64,000 bases of DNA from Eledone cirrhosa (GCA_964016885.1 OZ024740.1:367722001-367786000); one strand, 5' to 3'; shown: positions 12,051 through 25,163, numbered from the stretch's first letter. Numbers and translations are program-made. Notes: a model not told the origin generated them from the sequence alone.

Positions 12051-14717
12051 TATTTTAGGAGAAAATATATCTATAAAAAGACGGAATAATCACATGTGGT
12101 GCATCTTTTATCTTTGATAACCTTGATCAGGTTATGATGGTAAACAACAATTATAGGAATTGACTCTAATTTAAATAAACAAGTAAGGTCAGAAGCAATA
12201 GCATTAACAAAGGGACTGGTAACAATAGCAAGATTGGAATATGTTATGTATTTCCCCACAAGTGTATTTGTCATCTTTTCCATCTCTACAGCTATTTTAC
12301 TCCATTAGTAATTATAACTATCAACTAATAATTTTATTTGGCCGCATTTTGGTTAACCTGCTTTCAAAATTACTGAATATTGTTTTGTGAATAGCAGTAG
12401 TAGTGTTAGTGGTGGTGATGGTGGTGATGGTGGTGATGGTGATGCTGGTGGTGCTGTTGGTGTTGTTGGTGGTGGCGGTGGTGATATGGGCGATGGTGTT
12501 GTTGGAGGTGGTTGTGCTGTTAGTGGGGGATGTGGTGGTGGTGTTAATAGTAATAGAAGAAGAAGAAGAAGAAGAAGAAGAAGACACTGTAACAAAAACA
12601 GCGGGTGTGTATACGGGGAATTTATTCAGGCTAATGAGCAGTAAAGATTATTTGCTGCGTTGTTCATTTGCAAGATTGCACAATAGTTGTATTTATTCCA
12701 GTTCATTAGACGAATACAATAATTTAGACCAACGATAGTGTAAAGTATGTAATGCAAATTATGCAGACATCCATGGGAAATCACACCAAGTAGAAGACAT
12801 TCAAATACATTATATGAACAAATTTTTTATACACGGGCACACAGGCGTAGATAGAAACAAATATAAAAGAAATACCGTCACACATGTTCATATATATATA
12901 TATATACAAGATTGTGCATGTAGTCAGCGTGCAGGAGCCTGAGTGTTCGTGCGTGTGAGTGCGTGTCCGTATATATCTGAATTAACAAATTCGCTGTATG
13001 ATTTTGGCAGCATCTTCTCTGTCGTAATCATTCGCCTCATGTATCTGGTTAAAGGAAATTTCGGATTAAGCTAGACATCAAGTCATAATTAATGGCTAAG
13101 AGACAGTTATCCCATAGACAACTCCACGGCTATGACTCAAGGAATAATGTAATTTTCCTCAAATTCTAAACTAAAGCATTATTTCATAACATTGTACATT
13201 CTTGCACGTTATTTATTTCACCAAATATCATGAAATACTTACAGACCAAACATTAACAGTGGCAGTCAAAGCAATAAACATGTTAATTCTATTTTAGACG
13301 ACGTATATTGTAACGTGGATAACGATGCAAGAACACAGGACAATTTGGTACTGAAACATTAACCTACAGATTAGTGATTGATATACTGTTGGCATCACGA
13401 TATATCAGATAACTTAATCTCACTTGGCACATTTGAACAGCCGATGTCACCTACCTGTCATTGCTTTTCTGTAGTGGGGTATAATTGACTTTTGTAAACT
13501 TCTGAATTTTTATAGAGTTGAATGTTTCATTTTACTGATAGTTAAATGTCTAGAGACATAAATGAGCAGAATTAATCAGGGTGACACAGAATGCATAAAA
13601 GCTGAATATGGCAATACTCTATATTTAGTGGTTTATTATAACGGTAAATACTCTCAATATGAAACTTTCGACAATAATAAACATACACGCTAGAAATTGA
13701 TACCTACATTTCTCAAATATTACACCTTTTTAGTGATGCAGAATAATATGTATTTAGAAATAAAGAAATGTAGCTCAAAGATGATTCTAGCTTAACATTT
13801 ATTCGTCTGTGATTATGTAGCCGGGTAACGATACTTTAACTACATTTCGATTACTAGTCTGTTTAGATTTACAGATCTCTTTATTAGTTAAGCTTGATAT
13901 AAGAATGAATATCTACAGCACAGTTTCATTTGTAATAAAGTCCTCAGCATGTCACATTAAATGAAGCATGCACGTAAAAATACGTAAGGGCACTCAGTAC
14001 TGCTACTTATAATAGCAATATGACTTATTTATTTTAAATAGTATCCAACTATGCATTTTTGAGGGGCATTTTCCTTCATTCCCAGCGATTTCCACATATA
14101 ACCCTTGTCTTTTATATTATTTGAGCTGCTCAGAATCCGTTTGAATATCACGCATTCTCAATCATTTTGATTTCGGTTTCGGCTTGAGGTGATTCATATA
14201 CTTTGCCAAACACTCAACCAAATGCTAAGCAATTATTAGCTCTGGGATATTTTTAATGTGAATAATGGATAAATTGAAAAATATTGTTTAGCGGTTTAAA
14301 CAATCCAAGAATTTGTAATTAATAAATGCTTTATGTTTACGCTTGCTTCAACGAAGTCCTGTTTGTCTTATTCTCCCACCCTGGAAATATTTGTCGAGAA
14401 ACTACATGAGCTCGTAAATGTTGAAAGGCATACTATAGTATTGCCTCTGAACGCCTATCAAGCTGAACATTATTTCTGTAGAGCCATGGTTTAATAGCAA
14501 AAGACGGGGTAAACTGCCAGAAAATATAGTATAGTACATTTCTCGGGTTCGGAAAGTAAATTAAACTTGATTAATGGAACATACTCTATCAGTATAACAA
14601 CTGTGAACCAGACGTATAAAGTATGCATTTGGAACAAGCTCATAAACCTACATTTGGAGCTTCCACCCAAACATGTGTGTATGTGTGTACGCATGTCTGT
14701 CTGTATGTATATGTGTT

Positions 14718-14754
<37 letters not shown>

Positions 14755-14757
<3 letters not shown>

Positions 14758-15312
14758 ACATGGTCTGGTCGTTGGTGACTAAACTGGCAACCCCACTAAG
14801 GTTTCTTGGTGAGGAAGGTGACTTTGGACATCCTGCAGGACTAAAATCAAAACCTGTCAAAGGGCAAATGAGCTCTTAAGAGTCAATGGCCATCCAAAAT
14901 CACCGGGAGAGATGACCCCTAAGCTTTTGTCAAGGCAGAATTCTAGGAGAAGGAAAACTCTGATATAACGACTCCAACTCTGATGGCATCCAATGATGTT
15001 GACGTGTTCTTCTTTTTGGTAAATATCATCTTGGTTAAGTGAGTGGGACTGGCTTTGTGCAGTGCCTATGCTCACTATAAAAGCTTCACGGCACAGGCAT
15101 TGCTTTATATCTGGAGATATCCCTTCACTTGTCGTCACATGGTACCATGGGCTCAGCACTATGTGTCAATAATTGTCACAAGTGTAGTGTTTTTACCAAA
15201 GTTTTCAAGTCGCTGGCTGGACTAAAAAGTCACACTCGTAGGGGTTCAGTAGACGTTCTCCTACATGGATATAAAGTAGTGGCCGTACTCGAAAACGAGT
15301 TGGCAACCACCA
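14755..15312 (+). mobile_element. Bipartite non-autonomous RTE derivative (RTE 5'UTR fused to RTE 3' end), inserted in (TA)n
   Basis: RTE 5'UTR-type motif CTAGGAGAAGGAAAACTC. The 3' part encodes FKSLAGLKSHTR (compare FGSLAGLKSHIR at ~51840) and ends GGCCGTACTCGAAAACGAGTTGGCAACCACCAT, like 52111-52143. Confidence 0.75.
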
Positions 15313-15486
15313 TATATATATATTTAGAGTACTGTGTATATATTCTAAGATAATAACATTTTGCTCCTGTGCAATATTAAATAATAATTTCGTGTGAAAT
15401 ATAAGAATTTATGAAATAATTAATATAATAACCTATATAAGTATATATATATATATATATATTTCAAACGAAATTATTCAGGAATG

Positions 15487-15605
15487 TTTCAGGAATATTC
15501 AATGGAAATATATTGTGCTATCAAACGTGGTGGACGGTGGTATTTCAAACTAATATTTAAATGAGTAGTTATTTCGATTTACATTTCTTCTTCATTTACA
15601 GTGTT

Positions 15606-15685
<80 letters not shown>

Positions 15686-15809
15686 TATAAACACTGTAAA
15701 TGAAGAAGAAATGTAAATCGAAATAACTACTCATTTAAATATTAGTTTGAAATACCACCGTCCACCACGTTTGATAGCACAACATATTTCCATTGAATAT
15801 TCCTGAAAT
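15487..15809. repeat. Inverted repeat (arms ~120 bp) centred on a (TA)n tract
   Basis: tttcaggaatattcaatgg...tttacagtgtttata, then (TA)n, then tataaacactgtaaa...ccattgaatattcctgaaa. Confidence 0.92.
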
Positions 15810-18677
15810 ACTACTTGCATAATTTCCCAACCCAAAATATCATCAGAATCCATCCTAATTGCTAGTCAACACAAGCTATTTTGTAAGTAATAATTTGTTT
15901 TACAGTTAACATAACGTAATCATGTAAATTATAATGTAGAAGCGTTTTCTTTCTATAATTTCCATTTAATCGAAATAGACTTCCTTCCCTAGTAACAAGT
16001 TTAAAATCGAATTATCAGGTGAAACGCGTTTTTAGGCTACTACTTTTCTCATAGGTAGATGCTTTTCAGATTTCACAATTTTATATCTCATAAAAATATC
16101 TAATTGTTCATGAAACTTTTGTTTTTTTTCTTTTTGTCAATCGCCTACGGATATTTATTTCCACAATTTGTTTACATCGCAAATTTCATTGTCGCTTTTT
16201 ATAGGTCTTCAAATTTCGTTTCTCGACCCGTTGTTAGTTTTTCACGATTTCACAATTTTAAATATAAGGAAGGTGAGAAAAAAGAAAATGTCCGCATCTA
16301 ACAAAAACAAAATATCTCTAGGTGGTAACAATTTACGATTTTGTTAAATCGTTTTATATGCGAAATTTTTCTTTAATATAGAATACAAATTAAGGATGCT
16401 ATAAATAGAATCAGTGTTTTATTGAAAACAGAAACAAATTTGAGAATTCTATTTTTTTCCAATAAATCATGCATCGGTGTATGTTGAAATCATAAGGATC
16501 TTTCTCAAAGGAACATATATTTCAATGACTGTTACATTGTTTTGTTGCACATAGCTGTACAAAAACTGAATATTTGTCTATCAAAGCTAATAGTTTGAGT
16601 GATTTATGCGATGACATTTCACCCGTTAATCTGGTACTGCGCAAACACCCACGGCAAAATTCAGTGTTTATTTTTCGTTTCCATGGCAACATTGACTATG
16701 TGTATTGTGAATGTTGGGAAATAGTTGCTTATACTTCCTACTATTTTTCATTTGCGAGTGTGGTAGGTCTATTGTATTGCTGTAGATTAGCTCAAGATCT
16801 CCGCTATTGAATAGAATTGTGCATTGACGAAAGACCTTCACGCTCAAATCGTTCAGTCTACATTCATATCCCTTACTACATTATCAAATGTATTCTTTCT
16901 TTGATTCATGTTTATGGCTCGGGTTGTATCTGATGTTCCTCGACTGGTTGTTCGTATATGATGTACATTCGTGTCAGGTCAGCCCTTTAAAAAAAATATT
17001 CAATCATGATAATTCCTTCTTTTGACTCCTGCAATGTTTAACTAGGACTATGCCATTCAAAGTACGTTCCGTTTAACTTGCATGCTAAGATATGTTTTTT
17101 TGTGAGATTTATTCATATGACTCAAATTTGGGAACGTGTTTTGGGGGCTACCTTTTATCTAATATCAGATGCTTGTGGTAGAACTCAAACCGTGGATTAT
17201 CCAGAATATGTTTGAAATATACCACATTCATATCCCAGCTAGACAATATGACGCCAACAAGCGAGCTGTTATATTCTCTCTCGTCCTGGTAATAAATAAT
17301 CTTCAAAATGGACACATTGGAGAATGTCCTTGGATTCTCTACAATTAGGAAATCACCAATGTTCGTATGTCTATCAAGGTTTGAACAAAATCAAACCAGA
17401 AGAACAAACAAACAATAATAACTTAGTCAATGATACAAAAGATATTGCTTCTATTTTTGCCTGTGTCTATATTTCAAAATATAGATACAGGCGAAAGTTG
17501 AAGCAATATCAATGATCGGGTTTGTTTTGATCAATGTTATGAATCGCTCAAAGTGACAGGTAAATGTAAAGGAAATGTAAAGGTCATGCACTGATTGAGT
17601 TTGCATTTAAATATGTTTAACATACAACATCCAACAGCTAAGGGAAAAAAGCAGAAACAGCTTTTGTCGGCTGTCGCATGGTAACGAGATCGAGGTTTGT
17701 TTTAAGTGCAGAGTATATTATGTTACTAGCTAGAGGCAGGTCTAGTTTTCGAATGGGTATCTAAGCACCATAGACATATACAAATTAGACTAGCAACCAA
17801 TATAGACATGTAAATCTTCAGGCCTATATCGATAAACATATGTAATGTTTTGGCAGATATGTCGCTAGCTGGTAAAATAAACCCCACCTTCCATGTTTGC
17901 ATGTTCCTTATACTAGTTATATCTACAAAGATCATACCAAACAACAAATATGCTTTGCTCTATAGACTTTCCTGTCAAACTCCAAATAGGAACCATCCGG
18001 AAATAACTCATAATGTAGGGTATACTTATATATATATATGTATATATCGATAAATAAACTGTAAAAGATAATTGCCTCCAAATTCCTCGTTCATTAATGC
18101 ATTGTCATTAACTAAACAGTTTCTAATGTTCAGTAGATCAAGTAGATTTTTTTACATGAATATAATTTAATTCTGCATATATACGCTTGTGCTGCCGAAC
18201 ATATGTATAGATCAACAATTTAAAACTATGATAATATTCCAAGGAATATATATTTTAATTAGTTCTTTTTATTATATTTCTTTTCACTGAATTTAATAAA
18301 CTTCAAAATATATTTGATCTAGAAAAATCCCTCCCTAGACATATATATAGGAAATATTCTATAAAAAAACACTATTAAGAAGCAGAAAATATCATCAAAG
18401 AAATAAACGTATTATTCGACTCTTTCAAGATTGCTATGACGGCTAGGTATTTATTTCATTTTCTGGTGAATGGAGCTTTATTAAATATTTTATTTCCAGC
18501 ATTCAATTTATAATTTTAACAAGCGACTGCAATTAGAGACATATATTTTATCAAGCTTATGCTTGATTCAAATGCTGAAAACTATTTTCAGAGAGACAGT
18601 TGATGTAAGATTATAGGTTTTTGGTCACTTAGCCGATATTTAGAAATAAACCATTTTATTATTTATATCTACCCTGA

Positions 18678-18897
18678 GGGCCGTTGATTGGCAGTATCGG
18701 TACAGCAACGAACAACATGCTTTTTGGCATAGAGTTACAGTCTTTTACGATCCGAGTTCATATCCTGCCGAGGTTAACTTTGCCTTTCATCCTTACGGGG
18801 TCGATATAATACAGTACCAGTAATGCAGTTGGTCGATTTGATCGACTTTCCTCTCCCTCAAAGGTATTGGCCTTGTGCCTAAATCTCAAACCAATAT
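18678..18897 (+). mobile_element. tRNA-derived SINE, diverged full-length copy
   Basis: A box, B box, central domain and GGCCTTGTGCC tail. Confidence 0.85.
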
Positions 18898-20020
18898 TTA
18901 TACCTACCTTAATGATTTCGATCGTTTTCCCGTCATCATCAAATATCATATTCCTGTATATGTTCCTTGTATTGAATACCAAGAAGTCTTATAATGGATA
19001 ACAATATGATTCGAAACGTATTTTCTTAGATGTGATTTTATTAGTAATGGTATATAAGTAGATGATATTTAAAGACGGTCGGAGAACAACTAATCAAAAC
19101 TATAAATTTGCCTGATTGAGTCGATTTCATAATTGTAATCAACTATAACACCTCACTCCAAATATACCTGCATGGCAATACGAAAGATGAATAATTAGAG
19201 TATATAGGTATCATAAAATACACAGGCGTAAAATATGTATGGTTTATTTATATCAAAATCGATCGCAATTGTAGAAAAAATTCGCTAATATTATAAAATG
19301 CAAAAACTCATGAACAATAAATGTATAAAGAACTTTTCCAAGCAACTGATTCTCCAATATACATTCCATTTAACATAAACATTTTATTTAATTTGGATTC
19401 TAATAATTGCAATTATTTTTTTATACACAGAAACATGCTATGACTGGAGGGATAGATCGTGACTACCATATCATATTATATATTATTAGTGCCGAATTTG
19501 AAGCAAATTGGATTTGACTGAGAAGAGAAAACTATAATTAATTATTCTCCATTAAGATCTGTACGAAACAATTACTACAAAGCCATTAAATAGCTATTGA
19601 TTTTATACATGCATTGTCAATTGGATGAACATAGCAAAGGTTTGAAGTATACTTCCTGTGTGTTTCTACAGAAGTAGTTGCCGTGCGTTCATGTTATATG
19701 GTTTATGTTATACGGTTAAAATTTAAATAGTGGCTTTTCATTTTGCTGAATATCTAGACGGCAAACCATACATGCTGTAGGAAAATTATGATCAGCAAAA
19801 GGTACGAAAACATATTAATATATCTAATATAATTATAATAGACGTGCACATAATAATTAGAGGAAATGAATTATTAACCAAATAGAGGACTGGTATCAGT
19901 TTCCTTAAATTGTATATCAGCTAAGTTTACCGATATTTATACTTTACATCATACACACAGAAACGACGGTGACCTGCAATATCATTAAAAAAACAGAAAA
20001 AGATGTTTAAAAAAAATACA

Positions 20021-20248
20021 TTAGCCCTTCAGCATTTAAACCGGCCATATCCGGCCAGAATTCTCTGACGTATTTCTGTTTAAACCAGCGATAACCAGCT
20101 GCTGATACTTATGGTAAGGTATTGTTCTCAAAATATATAATATCAAAATCTCATAGATTAGATATCATGTGAGATAGTTATCTGAGATAAAGTGTTTACT
20201 TTGAAATACAATAGTAAATATAAAGTAATGTAAATGTTAAAGTGTTAA
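20021..20248. mobile_element. MITE with TTAA ends (piggyBac-type termini)
   Basis: TTAgCCCTTcAGCATTTA ... TAAATGtTAAAGtGTTAA form imperfect terminal inverted repeats. Confidence 0.6.
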
Positions 20249-20358
20249 ACGATCAGGTAACCCAGTACGAATAACAAGGCGTGGATGGACGGTAAGACAA
20301 TAACGCCCAGAGAGAAATGAAGAAAGCGACTTCCTCCAAAGGTGTTATCCGGTCATAG

Positions 20359-20729
20359 AAAGAAGTATTTGTGTGTAGGTTGGCTTATATCCTGCCACTA
20401 TTTCACGTGGGGGAGGGGGGGGGGGGTAAACAAAAATGCGTGTGTGTTACAACCAATATCAAAATTTGAAAGATTTGAAAAATATTATCTGAAGTAAGAA
20501 AACTGTGTCAGAATCGAGAAGTGTAAAAAATTACAACTCTTACACTATCATCGAGTGGTGCGTTTAAGGGCAAATGAGATAAAAGTGGAATGTAAAAGAC
20601 CAAAACTTGGGTGTCAACAACGGAAATGCAAAGGACTACAGTTCGTATTTCGGCATAAAGTACATATGCGCATATGTCAACGCACATCGTTGCAAGCACA
20701 CACGCACAAACACAGACTCAGGTGCATTC
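20359..20729. repeat. Left arm of an old ~370-bp inverted duplication (right arm 22618-23022)
   Basis: For example tgtcaacgcacatcgttgcaagcacacacgcacaaacacag is mirrored by ctgtgtttgtgcgtgtgtgcttgcaacgatgtgcgttgaca. Confidence 0.88.
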
Positions 20730-20730
20730 A

Positions 20731-20774
<44 letters not shown>

Positions 20775-20919
20775 ACACACACATACATGCAAGCATCTAT
20801 GTATAATTTTAAACAACCGTATCTATGTATGGACATATGTATAAGTATGTGTTGCTACAGGAGTCGATTGTTGCAGGTGTAGAGGTGGTGCGTGTGTGTG
20901 TGTGTGGGGGGGGGGGGGG

Positions 20920-21957
20920 GTTACCTTGGGTTCGGTGTGTTGGGGCTACTGTCCCTATAGCTTGAGGGAAGTTCCCATCGCAATGTGTTGTTATTGTCCA
21001 TATAGCTTGAGGAAGCTCCGGTTCTGAGGTGTCTATATGTACCGAAGAAGTCAGTTCTGAGGTTTATTAGGCTGCTTCCACCGCTGAGTATCTCGAGGGA
21101 CTCGATCAGACATAGTTTGCAGATGCCAGATCCCCCTATATCAAGTGGTACTTTCCTGATTTTGGACCAGACCAGAGAGTACGGGGTCCTGTCCAGCTTG
21201 AGCTTCCAGATCAGTTCGGAAAGAGCCGTACTTTTCCTATTGTCCTCCCTATTAAAGTAATGGCGATGGTTATACCATCGTTCTTTGAAGCTCGTTCATG
21301 TGGCCCCTATGTAAAGGTGCTCAGAGTTGTGTTTTTTTTTACTCTACATCCGTATATTAAGTTCTTCCTTAGGCATTTATTACTAAGGGGACATAATGTG
21401 GGGGTTCTGCAGTTGCAGGAGTTGGTCGACCCCTGAGTGCCTAATGTGGGGTCCGCTGAGTAGGGTGGGTTGTATCACGTGATTTTTCTACGTCTATTCC
21501 TAAGTGGGTGGATTGAGCGTGCTGTGGGCTGTTGGGGAGTTGTTGGGTTGCTAGTGGTTCCCGCATTCTTGCATCCCCTTTGGGGGTTATGTGTGTTGCA
21601 GGATTCCCGCCCGTACCTGTGGGGTGGTTGTTGCTCACGCTGGGAGTTCTACAATGGGATGATCCTTCATCCGTCCTTCTTCATGTCTTGCGGTTGGGGG
21701 CTTGGGCCCGGGTGGTTAGTATCACCCCTGAGACCGCTACACGTACTGGGTTTCATCTCATGGCTAGGTGTACGCGTCCTTTTCGCTAATGTGGTGGTGT
21801 TGGGTACATGGTTTTTAGTGGTTTCTGCTGTGCCTCTACTGTTAAAGCCCCCCCCCCCCCTCCCGGATATCGTGGGTCGGGGGGTCGATGGGCTATGATT
21901 ATCATGGCGCGTCGGACTATAAGATATATTTTGGACATGCACCGCCTTATTTAGAGC
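20920..21957 (-). mobile_element. 5'-truncated Penelope-like element (Neptune-type Zn-finger linker plus GIY-YIG endonuclease)
   Basis: ISYSPT, a Pro/Thr-rich insert, NSCNCRTPTLCPLSNKCLRKNLIY, then HLYIGAT*TSFKERWYNHRHYFNREDNRKSTALSELIWKLK...CKLCLIESLEIL. Confidence 0.88.
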
Positions 21958-22019
21958 TGCTCTAAAATAAGGCGGCGCATGGCCGTATGTGTGTGTGCGT
22001 ATATAATGTGTGAGTGTAG

Positions 22020-22090
<71 letters not shown>

Positions 22091-22096
<6 letters not shown>

Positions 22097-22617
22097 GAGA
22101 AGAAAGAATACTGCGTGGTTGCACATGGGTTACATATGATAAAAATAGTCCTCCGTCAGTGATTTTTCAACCTTCATTGGTATTTCATCGCTTTAAAAAA
22201 TCATATACCTCCGGTTGGTTCGAGCAATAGCTAAACGGTAGGGTAGGAAGTGAGAAGGGGAGAAACAGCGAGTGAGTGAGTGGAAGTGCGAGGAAGAGGC
22301 CAGTCGAGAGAAAGTGTAACTGACAGAGGGGGCGAAAGAAGGTGAGAGAAACAGAGAGAGCGGGGAAGCAGTAAGAGAGAAACAGACAAACGCAGCTGAG
22401 GAAAATATATATAAAAAACATGAAAATAAAGAATACTGCGTGGTTGCACATGGGTTACATATGATAAAAATAGTCCTTCGTCAGTGATTTTCCAACCTTC
22501 ATTGGTATTTCATCGCTTTAAAAATCATATACCTCCGGTTGGTGCGAGCAATATCTAAATAAAGCTATTGGGACAAGTAAATCGCGTAAAGCGAGCGAGA
22601 CAGTAAACAACAGGGAG
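22091..22617 (-). repeat. ~1.6 tandem units (~325 bp) of a pLTR/retrozyme-like repeat with permuted hammerhead motifs at 22148-22218 and 22473-22542
   Basis: Direct repeat offset ~325 bp. Homologous to the 27.1-29.5 kb unit. The 3' end abuts (TA)n. Confidence 0.85.
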
Positions 22618-23029
22618 GATTGCACCTGAGCCTGTGTTTGTGCGTGTGTGCTTGCAACGATGTGCGTTGACATACACGCATATGTACTTTATGCCGAAAT
22701 AGCAACTGTAGTCCTTTGCATTTCCAGATTTTGATACTCAAGTTTTTGATGTTTTACACCCCACTTTCATCTCATTTGCTCTTAAAACGCACCACACGAT
22801 GATAGTATAAGAATTGTAATTCTATACACTTCTCGTTTCTGATACACAGGTTTTCTACTTCAGTTAATATTTTTCAAATGTTTCAAATGTTGATATTGGT
22901 TGTAAGACACACGCATTTTTTATTTTTTATTTTTTATTTTTTTATTTTTTTATTTGTTTGCCCCAAATCACCACGTGAAATGGAGGCAGGATATATGCCA
23001 ACCTACACACACAAATTCTTCTGAACATA

Positions 23030-23457
23030 GCAGCAGCACACTAAAGCTGACCCCTTAACACCACTACCTCTACCAACACAATGGAGGAGGTCAGCTGTAC
23101 TTAAAGAAAAACAACTACAACAGATTGTCTTGCCTCACAAACATTTCTATAGACTTTTGACTGAGGAATGTTCTCAAAACTGACCAATGGGAGGCGAGAG
23201 TGTCCTATGAAGCCGAAATTCGTTTGTTCTAACTCATATGATTCCAGTTCCTCAGAGAAATAACAACACAACCAGGAGCTGGACGTATCGATATATCGAC
23301 GGAGTAAAACACAATTACAAACATTTGTATCTGTCTTTCCCACAACAATTCGGACTACCAGAAGAGGTCACAGCCAATGATGGCTGTCACCGAAATATAT
23401 ATAGCAGTATATTTATAATTTATAATAAACTAAGCCACATTTTACACATTTGACTTA
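23030..23457 (+). mobile_element. Penelope 3' fragment: GIY-YIG C-terminus plus pLTR with hammerhead (23354-23408)
   Basis: HHYLYQHNGG, RNVLKTDQWEARVSYEAEI and NQEL, then ACTAC-CAGAAGA-GGTCACAGCCA atga TGGCTGTCACC-GAAA-TATATA-TA-GCAGT (same family as 3561-3687). Confidence 0.72.
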
Positions 23458-24990
23458 ATTTCTTCGTGAATGATCTGAAACTCTATGCCAAGAACATGGA
23501 TGGGATAAAGAAATATCTTGACCTGGTTACAACATACTCATATATGGAGAGTTTGGCCAAGATATAGGAATGGAGTTTGGCCAAGATAAATGCACATATA
23601 TGCCTGTAAAGCGGGGAAAAACAACAATCCAATCTAGCCACATTTGTATCAATGGCCTAACTGTTTCACCAATATCTGACGGGGACTGCTACTGATGCCT
23701 GGGGATAGATGGGAACATATCCTATAATGGTACCTAATAAGGAACGCGTAACCAGGGACTACTATACACGATTAAGAAAGATATGGTCATCGGAACTCTC
23801 TGCGCAAAAATAAAAAGTGGCTCACAATGTGTTTGGAATACTCAATTGGAAGATAGACGAAATTCGAGCGATTGATGTTAGAACTCGAAAAATACTAAAC
23901 AACACCAGAAACTTCCACTTCAACAGTGTCATAGACCGGCTTTACTTGAAACATAAGCAGGGAGGCAGAGGCCTCACATCAATCCAGACAGCATTTGAAT
24001 GTCCCATCATATCCATCCGATAACATCTACGAACCTCATAGCGTAGGAGCCCGTCTCTCGAGCAAGTCTATCTGCATGAAACTGATAAGATCATGAGAGT
24101 TCGGAAGGAACTCCTCGAGAGGTATTCCCTGGGTGATAATCAAAAACTCACACCCAGGGAAGTTGCTCAGCAGTATCGCAGTGAATCTATACAGGACAAA
24201 CTGGATTCTTATCAACAACAAATCATGCATGGATATGTTGCCAGGAAGCTCCTATGAGGCATACTGTAGTGGCCAAAACATTGTACATTACAATCCGTAG
24301 AAAAAATATCCCCGATACTAAACACATTAAAAGCTACAGCAATGTGGAAGACATACGTATACATAATAGGAAAGAGTACTGGAAGAATGTTCCAGTAAAA
24401 AACCCAATAAAATGCAGGCATAATAGACCAGATATTATAATATGGGACAGGCAAAAGAAGGCATGCACAGTAGTGGAAGTTAGCTGGCCAGCAGATGCCA
24501 ATATAATATCAAATATTAGCGAAAACGAGAATATTTATGCAGAACTGATGAAAAATCTGCAGATACTCCACCCTGACAATACCTTCAGATGTATGCCTGT
24601 GATTATTTGGGCACTGGGATATGTTAGTAACTGCCTCAATACAAATCTTGAGAATCTAGGCTTCACAGGAACAGAAAGAACACAACTAGTTAGGAAATTA
24701 CAAGTACAATCCATTAATGGAACAGTAAAAATATGTAAAACGTTCCAAAAATGTTGCATGTAATACCTGCATATACACACGTATCGATACTAAGCATACA
24801 TGCACACGTACAACTCGAAACATACACATACATACATACAATAACATCCATATCTCCACATGCAGGCAGACATGCAGACATATCTGCCTAGTTGATGTTG
24901 TGTAAATTCCAATGAGAGAGTCTTGTGTCTGTTACAGACCGTCTTTCTCTCTACTGGCAAAACATTGTGAAATTATAAAACTAGAAGAAT
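23458..24990 (+). mobile_element. R4/Dong-type RLE non-LTR retrotransposon, 5'-truncated, disrupted, with an internal deletion
   Basis: FFVNDLKLYAKN, IDRLYLKHKQGGRGL and HNRPDIIIWDRQKKACTVVEVS (PD-D/E endonuclease). Ends at (CATA)n. Confidence 0.88.
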
Positions 24991-25001
24991 ATACATACAT
25001 A

Positions 25002-25145
25002 CGTCTCGACGGCTATTTCTGGACTCAGTCAAGAAATAGCCGTCGAAACGGCTTGAGCTCTGCCGTCGGAGTTAAACATTTTCCTATCACCCACTCTACT
25101 ACCCTAAGTATTGCGTACTCTGGTGCGCCATGGTCCATCTGGTTC
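25002..25145 (+). mobile_element. Short pLTR-like fragment with the 3' half of a hammerhead and a 5' fold-back hairpin
   Basis: Hairpin 25002-25050. GAAA-CGGC ttgagctct GCCG-TC at 25045-25067. Ends at (TA)n. Confidence 0.55.
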
Positions 25146-25163
25146 CTTACCACAACTCTTTCG

